The notes under the pieces were generated by a model. That model had not been told where the DNA came from and searched no databases. It was given only the letters and a program-made list of their open reading frames with translations. A DNA stretch of 64,000 nucleotides, taken from Paramecium tetraurelia (lineage: Eukaryota). Positions 1 to 12,100 of this stretch are shown one piece after another. The DNA is taken from assembly GCA_000165425.1 (NCBI GenBank), contig CT868441.1, positions 186,001 through 250,000 of the forward strand, read 5' to 3'. Both the position numbers and the translations under genes were made by a program. Positions within the stretch are counted from its first letter, which is position 1, and every line of letters starts with the position of its first letter.

Positions 1-458
1 GAAAGAAATTTCCAAAACTTAACTTAAGTGATATAAGTGATTCATTTTGGTTGAGTAAAATGATTCTATCTTTATTCACTTATGTATTCAAAATGGAAGA
101 TTGTATAAGATGTTGGGACTATTTGATGGTCCGTGGCATGATCCGTGGTATTCCTGAATTGATTCTTGCATTCATAGATGCTACTTACACTTAATTATGT
201 AAATTCCAGGAGGAAGATTTTGCTTATAATTTTAAAGGTCCTGAAACTACAACAATCAAATTTAATGTTGGTGAACTCATATATTTAGCCAAGTCTAATC
301 ATACCTTAGACAGATCATTCATATCTAAATTCGCCAAGAAAATGAGAGATAAAAATAACCCTTCGTAATTATTAGACCTTTTATAATATTACAACAATCC
401 TCAACTCTACAAGAAGCAAGTATCATTCTATATTAACACTATTTATTATTAATGTTGA
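1..458 (+). CDS. 3' end of a TBC-domain (Rab-GAP) protein, truncated by the window start
   Basis: Frame 3, code 6: FWLSKMILSLFTYVFKMEDCIRCWDYLMVRG resembles the TBC C-terminal motif (WFLTLF...LRIWD.F..G). Ends at TGA 456-458. Confidence 0.7.
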
Positions 459-1422
459 TTTATATATATATATTAGTCTTAACAAATATTATTTGATTAT
501 TAATTGTTCTTTATTAATCCATTTATAATTTAGATGTAATGTAAGAAATTTATTTGTATATATAAATATTAAAAATTGTAATTTGCAATAAGGGATAATT
601 TAACTTGTCGTTAAAAAATAAAATTAATTATTATATTGTAATGATTATTATTAACTTTAATTACAAATTTTGACATTCAATCAAGATGCCTATAAATTTT
701 GTAAGTAAAAGGAAATGGGCTTTCAAAGAGAAAAATATATTAAAAGATTAGAAATATTAAGAAAGGATTTAATTTAATTGATATTATTAACGAAATAATT
801 TAGAAATATATTTGTTATTAAAGATATATAAAAGCAAGCACATAAACAAACAGCAATCTGATAAATATTATAATAATAAATACATATCTGAATAGTGATT
901 CTGTTATTGCTCATTTCTTTGCCAATTTTCAATATTGAATAATTAAAGTCCATAAAGGTTTCAAGGTGAATTATAAAAATCAAACTATGAAAGAGCCTTG
1001 CTGCAATTGGTTGAATTAAATTCAATGGCAGGAAAATCTCAAGGATGGACTTGAATTTTTTGACTTCAATATTAAGATTAAAATAGATTAAGAAGGCTTA
1101 AGTGAAGAAATTCAAAATTCATCTCAAGAAGTTAGAACCAATCATCAAATCCAGATGCAAAATTACTTCTTTCTTAAAACTTTTAACGCATTTGATTTGA
1201 TATTTTTATTAAATTCTATTATTGAATCAGAATCGATCAATAATATTTCCATAAGATTTTTCATAAATTGATATAAAAATTCAAATGTTTTTTGAGTGTG
1301 TTTTTTTACTTTATTTATTTTTTCTTTTAATTAAAGAGCCATAAATATATGATGTATTCTTAATTATATATTTGAATTCAGATAAGTTGATTACAATTAA
1401 TATTGTAATAATTAAATTAATT

Positions 1423-2785
1423 ATGAGAAAGAAGAGTCAAAGTAAGGGAAACACCCAAAAATTATAAGTTGAAGTTGATATTATGGTTTGATTGTTCTAT
1501 ATACTCGTAGGAATAACGAATTGTTGGACTTAAATAAATATTGCAATCTCAAAAAGAGTCTGCTAAAGAAAAAATGCAAATGAGCTAAGGATCCACAAGA
1601 TGGTCGGCAGCTTCCACTAATGTTCCTCTTAGAAGTACGTGAGTAATTACTAAGATAGATTATGGGAAACATGTTTTAGAAAAACATAGGGAAGTTGCAA
1701 AGACATTCCAACAGAAAAATAAATTAAACAAAGTGCCATCTAGGCCATCCTCTCGCTCTAGTTCACTTTCTAAACAGAGCAAGCAATCAGAAACTTAATC
1801 ATAATAGAATCAGAGCTATTTGACTTAGAGTCTGAATTTTGCAGGGAAGAATTCAGCAAATGAAAATTTGAAACGAGCACTTCAAGTCTAATAATGTAAA
1901 TCTAACAGACTTAGATTAGTTAGAATACTCTAATGAAGTTGTCAAATTCCTCAATTCCATTAATCTTGATAAACATGCTGGCGTAATACTTGAAAATGGA
2001 TTTGACGAGATGGAACTTCTAAAGGAAATATCAGTCGATCATTTAAAAGATATGAATATTCCACCGATGGAAGCAAGGAAGTTATTGAACCGAGTGCAAA
2101 AGTTAGTGGAAACAGAGGAAAGGAAGCTGCTTCAATCTTAAAAATAAGCTTAGCGTTTGAAGGAATCCTAAAGTCATATAGAGGAGATTGCTAACTCAGA
2201 GATCTATGATGAGGAGGAACAACACAGGTTATTTTAGGAAGCAGTTATGGAGTATAGACAATAATAGAATTAATAGAAAGAGTAGAAGGAATAGAAGGAA
2301 TAAGCTATATAGCATACAGAGGAAATATTAATTGAAGATGAATCATTAGGGTACATATCAAGTAGACAGAACAAAAAAGAAGAATAATAAAGAAATAAAA
2401 TGAAGTTTCTCTTATCAGGAGCTAATGAATGGAAGATGTTTGATGTCGATTATGATTAAAAATAAGGGACTGATTAATAACCTGTTATAATTGATAAAAC
2501 ATCCTGCTATTAATGTTATAAGTTGTTCGATTAAAAGTTTGCAATAGGCAACAACGGCAGAGAATTTTGCACAAAAGAATGTCTTGAATCATATAAACTA
2601 TAAAATTTAGTAAGTAGTTTTCATATGAATTTTAGTATCTCTGTAGGTCTCAGTCATGTGCTAAACAAATTGATATAGCTTAGGCATATTATGAAATTGG
2701 GCAATGGTTCTGTAATTAGGACTGTTTTAAATAGTATCAATGGGAAAGTGTCAACATCAGAGGAAGAACCCACATTAGTTTATGA
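1423..2785 (+). CDS. SAM-domain protein with C-terminal Cys zinc-finger pair (FCS/TRASH-like) and ZBBX-like motifs; about 4 short introns
   Basis: EVVKFLNSINLDKHAGVILENGFDEMELLKEISVDHLKDMNIPPMEARKLL is SAM-like. Also SCYQCYK...FCTKECL and CRSQSC...WFCNQDC. ATG 1423, TGA 2783-2785. Confidence 0.7.
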
Positions 2786-2853
2786 TAATTAAATATATAT
2801 ACATTCATAACTATAGAGTTTTAGATAATATTTTTCATATGTATTTTTAATAA

Positions 2854-3833
2854 TCAAATTTTAGGATGAGGAATGTGCACCTTTGAAGGAACCTTGACCA
2901 TTAACTGCTTGAAGTGTCCAACTTTGGCCTCTCTTGTGGACTTTCCTACGCTGAATGCAGGATAAGATTTCTTTTTGGAATTCACTTATACTCCCACGGC
3001 AATCCTTTTTATCTTATTAAGTTTACTATTTGGTATCATATGTTTGATTCTTATCCCAACCCTCAAAGATCTTGCCTATCTTTGGTCCTTTTGGAATGGT
3101 CCAATGGGCAGGATCTTCCAAATTGCTTGTGTTAGCAGGAGGCTTTTGCAAATAGGCTCCAGGTCCAACGATCACTGGAGTCGAACATGTGGGTGCTAAT
3201 GCTGATGCTCCTGGGATATCTCTTCTATATCCAAAGGAAAATTGAGGTGGAGTTGGGACTTCAGGTTTGATGGCTGGGTCATATTGAGGTCCAGGGGTTC
3301 CTTTGAGTCTTTTCTCAGGAGGGAACTATAAGTTATGACGAAAGTGATACTCTTGATTCCAATCCTATTTTGACATTTGGAGCTTTAGTCTTTCTAATTA
3401 GATCAGCTTCTTGGGGTTCAAACTTGAATAGAATGAGTGTTTACATCGACATCCTTTCTTTGATAATAATCAAATTTGGCTCCTGTGTTGAGTGTGTTAC
3501 GAGGATCTGTTCCGAATTTAGTTTCTGCGTCCTTTGTGTAATAAAATTGATCTCCTCCTCTAACATTGTAGACAGGTCCAGGACTTCCCTTTCCTTAAAG
3601 GACTAAGTTGGATTGATACCTGCAAAATCAATTCTGGCAAGTTCTTTATTATGATAGAGCTTTGCTTGATTGGCACGCTCAGCAGAACCGAAACTGTAAC
3701 TTGGCAGTGTTTGTTTGGTGGAAATGGGCATTTTGCCTATGGAACTAAAAGCTTGTTTATTTTCGAATTCGGTCAAGTCTGCATAGGAATACACTTTTGG
3801 CTGAGCTTTAACTTCTTCTTTTGTTTCTGCCAT
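2854..3833 (-). CDS. SHIPPO-repeat / ODF3-like (PGP-repeat) axonemal protein
   Basis: PSYSFG, SPGPVY, TPGPQYD, PQFSFG, GPGAY and PAFSVG motifs, with short GT..AG introns. Starts MAETKEEV. Confidence 0.7.
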
Positions 3834-3888
3834 TTTATATATTAATATTATTAAAATTAAATATATATAAAACTTATCAACATATAAC

Positions 3889-5531
3889 TCAAAACTATAG
3901 ATGAATAGTATTTTCACTCCTGTCTTTCTTTTGAGTTTCACTTCTAATGCATTGGGCTATTCTAAAGAGCACCAGTCTATAATCATGAATAATTGATTAC
4001 TTGATCACCTTTGGCTTGAGTTTATTGTTCTCCCATAAGGGTAACAAATACTCTTAAGTGATTTTGCTAACTTGAATATTGATTCTAATTAAGTGATTAC
4101 TTGATACTTCTAGATTGCAGGCAAGTCCATGATCGCCTGTCCAATTTTACCATCCATTTAACTCTACTATTCAAGTTTAAATGTAACACATCCACATATC
4201 AACTGTTTGTCATCGTAGAAATCTAAACCATCATTTTTGATTTCATATAACACTCCTTCAAAATTTGATTCATCCAAACAATCTACATCGAAAAAATTAA
4301 TCTCTTTCTATTGATCCACTTTTTCATAGAGAGTAATGATGTTCTAAAGGATTGCATCAAGGTAATTCTCCATGACGAATCCTCCATCTCTAAAGGAGTC
4401 TTGGTATGGCTATGTAGTTACATATTCCATTTTGATATTCTGCACCAAAGTGAATATTATCTACAATTGTTATAAAGCTTACTTTTTCCCACTTTTAAAT
4501 GTCATTGCACCAATCCAATAGTTCAAGGAAGGAGATTAAGACCGCTTTAGGATTCTTATGACTAAAAGCCACTTATATCTTATCAAAATTGTATTCGTGA
4601 TTGTTAATGTGATTCATCAATGAGTCAATAATAAAGAAATTGGTTTTCTTCTTCTCATATATATCTGATATGAATTGCAATGGTTTGAATGCCAAGGGAT
4701 CATTTGTTTCTGCTAAGCGGATCTCGTCTAAGTGAGAGCAATATGGCATCCACAACCTTTCGATAATTTGCTTAACTTAATCAATCCAATCAATAAAATG
4801 TATTTAGATGGTGATGTTGGACAACACTAAATTGTTATTTTAAGACTAAAACTTCTTTTTCCATAATTTCAGATTCTAATCAAAACTTTAATTCTTGTAT
4901 AGATTATAGTGGATATAATTTCTAATGAAATCTATTACAATATAACTAAATTACCTTACCAAATTATTAATCCTAATTTATCTTAGTCATGAAGGTTTTA
5001 GTTTCTTCCAAATCCAATTGTATATGAATTTCTTTATCCTTTAAATAGATTTCCAAAAACAATTACCTTGAATAATTCATCAATTGCAGTATCTTACGCA
5101 TTTACGTTTCTCAATGTGTTGATCATATGATTCTTCAGTTTGATCGTCGCTAATGCTAAAGCATATTGATTTTAACCAAATAACTTTTAGAATCCAGTCA
5201 CAAACTTATTGGAAATTCTAACCAAGTAATAAACACAAAAAATACAATTTCTTCTCTATCATGCCATCACCCAAAATTTGCTTAGAAATTACAGCATTTA
5301 TATGATCTTCCAATAAGTTATTTTGTTTGAGAATCTAGAAGAGTTGGATGTGTTTTTGGAATATATGATAAATTTTGGTAACTTGAATTATAATCTATTT
5401 AACAAAATACTTAATTCCTAATTGTCTTGATCGAATAATAAGGATTCTACAAGTGTCTTGTATTTCAGATCTCCAAATTACATCCTTGAGTTAATGAAGG
5501 ATTGCAGCTAATGTTCATCCAATCTATTCAT
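3889..5531 (-). CDS. Hypothetical protein, multi-intron
   Basis: Long code-6 open segments (including the track ORF 4573-4755) joined by about 22-28 nt GT..AG introns, ending ...TIHLQF-TGA. The 5' exon structure is not fully resolved and no family was recognised. Confidence 0.55.
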
Positions 5532-5575
5532 GTCTATTATAATTGTTAGGAATTGTATTAATAATTTAAATTCTA

Positions 5576-6730
5576 ATGCAATTGTCAAAATAAGAAGCAA
5601 TTCTAAAGGAATTATTTGAAGATGATTATTTTACTCAAATCATTCAACATCCCTCTGTGCAATCCCCATATGAGGAACTTATCTGTGCAATTTGCTATAA
5701 CCTCCTTGAAATTCCAATCGTACTACCAGATTGCAAACATACATTCTGCAGAGACTGTCTCGATGCATGGGTTGGCCAATAAGCAATGAATTGTCCTTAT
5801 TGCAGAATCGATGTCTCACATTATTTATGTATTGATGTCTCTAACATTTTTAAAGCAAATAACTAATTGAAATTCAGTCTCATAGATTTCAATACAATGT
5901 TTTTGATCGACAACATTGAGATTAAATGTCCCGATTGCAATTGGAAAGGTAAGACGAAAGATCTCAAACTTCATCAATAAAAGTATTGCAATCTAATGTC
6001 ATGTCCACTAAAATGCAATCAAAAATTCACCTCAGAAGAACTCGAACTCCATAAAGATATTTGCCAAAATAGAATCATTAAATGTCCTCAATATTGTGGT
6101 GAAGAATTTGAGGCACATAAAGTGTTTTCTCATCTCTAAAACTGCATGTACACTTATAAAGAGTGCAACAAATGTAATTGTATTTTGTAGGGTGTAAAAA
6201 TATTGAATCATAATTGTAATATTGAATCTTGTAGAAATTCTTAATTTGGGTGCAAAAAACAAGAGATGCATTAAAATTGTGAATTTGAATTAAATTATTG
6301 TAAGTATTGTTTCAATTTTTTAATGAACAAAGATCTAGAGACACATATTTGTTAAATATAGAGTAGCATACAAGATGTTTTAAATTCATTTTAAAAGCAA
6401 CTGCTAGAGTCCTTATAACCAGTTAAACATGATTTATAATTATTGCAAAATGCCATGAAAAAATGTCAATAAGAGTCAATTCTATTGTTAGATGTACCAA
6501 CGGACAGAATAAACATAGTGGAAATATTGTAATTATTTGGGCCGGTTCAAAATCTGAAACAATACTTGAACCTCCCTAATCTTGACTAAAAAAAAGTAGC
6601 TGTTAGATATTTCCACGAAAATGCTGCACTCTGTTGTAAGCAATACATGAAGATATTGGGAATAACAACTTAATCTTTGGAAATGGGGGAAAAATAGGTT
6701 AAAATTTAACCAAAATAAAAAATTTCATGA
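5576..6730 (+). CDS. RING (C3HC4) + TRAF-type zinc-finger protein with a possible C-terminal RRM-like domain; intronless, 384 aa
   Basis: CAICYNLL..P..LPDCKHTFCRDCL...CPYCR, then IKCPDCNWKG, CPLKC..H..C and CPQYCG..H..C repeats. The frame is open from ATG 5576 to TGA 6728-6730. Confidence 0.85.
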
Positions 6731-6764
6731 TTTATTTGAGTGTATAATTAAATAATTAAGTATA

Positions 6765-7828
6765 ATGAATTACTTGTTTTATGGATTTATAGGATATTGC
6801 ACTTTATCATTAACCTTTTTTGTATTCCCTTACAAGAAAAAGAATGTCTTCAAGCACTCGAAATACCAAAAATATCTTCAAAGAAAAGCTATCCTTCACA
6901 TATCTCACAGAGGTGGATGTAGGGAAAATGTAGAAAATACAATGCAGGCCTTTTAACATGCATATGATCTAGGTACCGATTGTTTAGAAATGGATTTGTG
7001 CATGACAAAAGATAAGAAAGTACTTCTCATCAACATTGTTAGGTTGTAGTCTTGCATGATTCCTCTTTATTAAGAATGTGTGGTGTAGAAGCACATGTGA
7101 AAGACTATAATTATAAAGACTTGCCAAAATTCCTAGATAAAGTCAGACTGGATTTTGCTCCGAATGATTACATTTCAACTTAAAATTGCAAAACTCCTTA
7201 TCTTCCTTTATTTGAAGATGTTCTTAAAAAGTTCCCTGATGTCTTAATTAATGTTGAAATTAAGACACCAGATCCAGAAGTAGTCAAAGCAGTAAACGAT
7301 CTAATTCTTAAGTACTAAAGACAAGATACAATCATATGGGGTGCTAGATGTATATTAATATCTAATATCATAGTTTAAAAGTAGAACGAATTACTTAAAT
7401 CAATTAATCCTGCCATACCAAGATTTTTCACTGTGGAAGGTATTATGAGGGTGTATTTACTCTACATAACTGGACTATTACCATTTTTCGATATCCCAGA
7501 TGATTCAATGTAAGCACCCCTTTACACTGATGACTTTTACAATTGGAAACTCCATGTCGCAAATTCAACTTCAGAGAAGTTATAGCAAATGTTTTTGTAA
7601 TTTAATTTTCTATTTTGAAGTCATAATTTTGTTTGGTTTTTGGGGTTAATTTCTAAACCTCTATTTTATCACTTACATAATAGGGGGATTTTTGTATATT
7701 ATTGGGTTTTGAACAACGAAAATGAATATGAGAGAGCTCTTAAAACTGGTTGTCATGGGATTATGACTGATTGTCCAACTCTGCTGAAAGAGCATTTAGT
7801 CAAAAAAAAACTATATGGAAAATAGTGA
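6765..7828 (+). CDS. Glycerophosphodiester phosphodiesterase (GDPD1/GDE4-like) with N-terminal membrane anchor
   Basis: ISHRGG..E.VENTMQAF, LEMDL..TKD..VV.HD, INVEIK, WVLN and GIMTDCP motifs; 3 introns. Confidence 0.9.
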
Positions 7829-7990
7829 TCTCTATATAAACAGATATAAATATATTTTTAAAATAATTATTTATTAAATACTGAATTAATACAAATGCCT
7901 GGTTTTATGAGTTGAATAATAAAGGATTTAAGTTAATCTGATAAAATAAGAAGCTGAATGTAGAGACCTATTATTATTTGTACTCATGAA

Positions 7991-8040
7991 ATCAAAAACG
8001 TATTCCATGATCATCAAAAATGTATTCCACGATTATCAAA
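7991..8040. repeat. 22-nt tandem duplication (2.3 copies)
   Basis: atcaaaaacgtattccatgatc / atcaaaaatgtattccacgatt / atcaaa. Confidence 0.85.
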
Positions 8041-8680
8041 GTTTGCTGTGCTGTTGGAATTTTAATAATATTGTTTTTACTAAAGAAATGTAAGATTATC
8101 TCTTTTCTGATATTTCTACTTTAGGATTGTGATAACTAATAAATCTAATATAAATGATAACATATTAACATAATTTTAATATATATATTTAAATAGATAT
8201 CTAATACCTAATGTAAGGCTACAGTTATGATAAAGTGTTTAAGGATGGTGGCACGAATATTAAGGCGGAGATTTAAGAAGAGTCCTTTGGATTTAGTCAA
8301 AGAAATATTACATAATTCGGAAGATCGTTAATGTTATTCTCAAATTAATATTAATAATTGATAATAATATTAAAAATTAATAAAAATCAACGCGTATTAT
8401 CTCAACAGTTAATTTATTTTATTCTGATTAAGAGGATATCATAATTCAAAAAATTTAAGAATATGTGGGATTTTAAATTGAAGTTCCTGTTCGAAACAGA
8501 TTGTGATTAATTGAGGAATCATTTTATGGATAAAATTATTGAAATTAGTTTGGGTAATTTGATGTGATACCTGGTAAATTATTTATGAGGGTCAGTTCTG
8601 TTCACACTGGAGATATTTATGCTGAATTAAGAAAAAAAAATATATTTTTAATTAAAAATACTCTAGCATTTAAAGATTTT

Positions 8681-9055
8681 ATGAAGCCAACATATGTTTA
8701 TTCAAATCCTGTGCTGAGTCTTCTGAGCTCCAACTCAACTTAGAGTAGTCCAATGACTACAAGTGAATTGAATGATTCGATCGAATACTATATGGACCAA
8801 AAAGACTATCAGACTGAAGTAGAAATAGTTAAATATCTGCATGGTTTGGGAGTGCGGACAAAAACAAACCCACTGATTAAAGAGTAACAATATTGGGAAG
8901 AAAGAAAACAGAAGAGCCAAATAATGTCAGAGACCATCGTCAACTCTTCGGAAAGGTTGGTGTTAAATCCAACCGTAAATCGATTGATGAGAAAGAATGT
9001 AATATAAATACCAAGGAATTCAAATAGTCCCTATTTCTTACTGGATTAATTATGA
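8681..9055 (+). CDS. Small hypothetical protein (124 aa)
   Basis: Open code-6 frame MKPTYVYSNPVLSLL...VRTKTNPLIKEQQYW...LDQL-TGA. No family recognised. Confidence 0.5.
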
Positions 9056-9126
9056 TTCTCCTTTTTATCAAATCACAAATATCTCTATATATAACTGAAT
9101 TCAATAAACCATAATTAATTAGTTAT

Positions 9127-12100
9127 TCATTAATAAACAAAGTAGCCTGATGTCTTTCTCTCGATAGATTCAAACTCAATAGATTGCTTATATTCGAATC
9201 TAAACAGATCAGGGAATTCCCTCTCAATAATGTCCTTAGTTTCTTGAGACACCTGCACAAACCCTTTGGCTCCCTTGGACTCCATTTTATTCGCAATCAA
9301 AACATCAGGCCCATAAATATCATACCTAACCAACTCAGTGCCAAGAACACCCCCAATGATGGATCCCTAATAAAGTCAAATTGAACAAACTTACAGTATG
9401 GACTCCGATTCTCATGTCCAACGTGGGATGATTGATGTGGGCTCTCACTCTTCTGATCGCATCGATCATTGCGAATCCCATTCTTACGACATTGACTGCT
9501 TCTTATGAGGGATTCCTTTGGATTCCCTTGCCATAATCGACCATTCCCATGACAACGTAGCAATCTCCAATGGTGTAGAGTTTGAAGACGTTATGCAGAA
9601 GACTATTTTTATCAAATTCAGTAAAGAGGTTTCTCAACATATTAACTACTTATTCAGGTTGTACTTTGCTCGAATACTCAGTAAAACCTGCAATATCAGC
9701 AAAGAGCAAAGTTACTTCATCAGCCTATTCTCTTAGTACACGTTTCTCCTCGTTTGGCCTGAAAAACTCCTCAAGGACCTTGTTTGATAGAAATAAATTA
9801 ATTATACATTTTTAGGCAATAAATAATTCAATAAATACTGGTACTTGATTGATTTTTCAATTAATTATTTGTTGACATTATAGGAATTGACATTCTTCAA
9901 AAACATGAACAATTAAATGCAAAAGGCGAATATCGAAATCACAGCACAATAATAGAATCTACTCCATGGCCAATCATTCACTATGATGGCAGCAATTGTC
10001 ACTCCCAAAAACAGAACCAGATAAACCAACTTATTTTAATGTCTAAGAACTCTGTTAAGAAGAACACTTAAACAATAAATGATCCCTTTGGCCATCTAAA
10101 TCTCGTAATGATCTGTGATTAAGAAGCAATCCAAGGCGTAACTTCCAAGTAACAAATACGCTAATATCAAGAAGTATATGACATTATAGAATGATTCGTA
10201 TCTGTGGATCAGAGTGCACTACAGCAAATGCAATAGACCCACCATGACTCCAGTTATCAAATTCGCCAAGTATATCTATCCATTCAAACTCACGCAAGAC
10301 ATTGAACTTATAAGAACACAAGAGCCTATAGTCAATAAATATTGAACTGCAAATGGTCTATACAACGATGATAGAAATTCGTAAAACTCTAATGTGACAG
10401 TGGCATCTTCATTGAATTCCAAATACAACTTCTTTGGATTAAGAGTCAATAATAAGTTTTGACCTTAAGCATCCTCATCGACACTATAAAGAGCCCTGAT
10501 CTTATCCTTTTCCACATGGTATTCCATATTTAATTGATAATCAGAAACATTTAATTCACATCGAGTCTTCCTCTCCAACAATTGAATTAGATCTTGATGT
10601 TTTTAATGTCTATCATCATACCCTTAGGATTATATCCCTCCCATAATGGATTGAGAAGCATAATTTTTTGAAGACCCCCCTCCTTGATTTAATTAATGCT
10701 TGAGACTATGTAGAAGAGCATTTATTATTGAAGCGATTTGTTTGGACTCTCAATGGAAATTTACTTTTGTGTTTTTGTTACGAAACTGTAAATTTCACTT
10801 TTCTGCTTTTTATTCAGAGTCACTGGTTAAGGATCTTCATTTCTATTCACAAGAGGTTATACTTCCCTATTTGAACCAATGCCAATTTCTGATAGTTAAT
10901 TCTCATGGACTTAATCCAAGTTTTAATAGTCTTTTGGATCTCTAAAGGGTTGTTTTGGAGGTCTTTGAATCATGATTGTCTACTTTCTTTACTTCCCTCC
11001 CCTCTTGGTGTTAACAACATAAGTAATCAATTTCCCCTTCCCCTTAGCAACTACGTCTCTCTAGACATACACTAATTCATATTTGTTAGTCTATCGATAT
11101 GCCTATTCAGAAATGGCAACATCCCAAGATTCAGCCGTCGAACATATTCTACTTGCTGTATTGATAGTGTCACCAATCAAACTGAATTAGGGCTTATGAT
11201 GTCCAATGACTCCAGCAATGACATTCCCATAATGAATACCAATTTTAATTTAAAAGGTCTCATTAGACATCACATACCTTTTCATATCCAATGCCAATGA
11301 AATCACCTTATTGACAGGATTGGACTTCTAACTAACATGAATTTTGAGTCCAGCAGCAGCCATATAGGTTTTGCCCACAGTCTCGATTTTCTGAACTTCA
11401 TGTTGTTAACAAAGTAAATCAAATCTTCTGAATAACTTATCTAAGATGTCAACTACATTGGATTGTTCATTCTTTATTAATTGATCGAAATCAATGATGT
11501 CGCAAAACAACACTGCCACCATTCCTTGATCTTCCTGAATGTCATATTGACCAGCCTTATTGATGCGATCTCTGATAAATTGAGGAAGGAGAATAGAGAG
11601 GATGTCACTCATTATTTGGTTTTCCTTATTCATATTGATTCTGCCTAAGAAGACCTCCAAGAATATGTGAATAATCCTTCTGAATGTCAAGACCAATAGG
11701 AATAATGATGCTATGCTCATCACGTATTGATTGATCAGAATATAGACATCATCCTCATTTGATTTTTTGATTAAGTAAATCGCCACGTAAATGGCCGAAA
11801 ACACTTAACTAATGAGTGGTTATTCTTGGTAATGATAGATATTGACTGCCAAACTCAGTTATAACATATTGAGATTCATTCCTCCTACTGATTAATCCTG
11901 GTTGAATAACCATATAATTATTGAGGAGCATCGAATAAACAAGATGATGAAGTTTACTTCGAAGAAATACAATTTATAATAGCGAGACCAGCAAAATAAC
12001 ATAAGCAATAGTAGTACTCCAAACATACAAATGTAATAGTAATCAGTCCAATAAGATAATGTAAAACTATCAAAGGCTAACAGGATTATAATATATGTGG

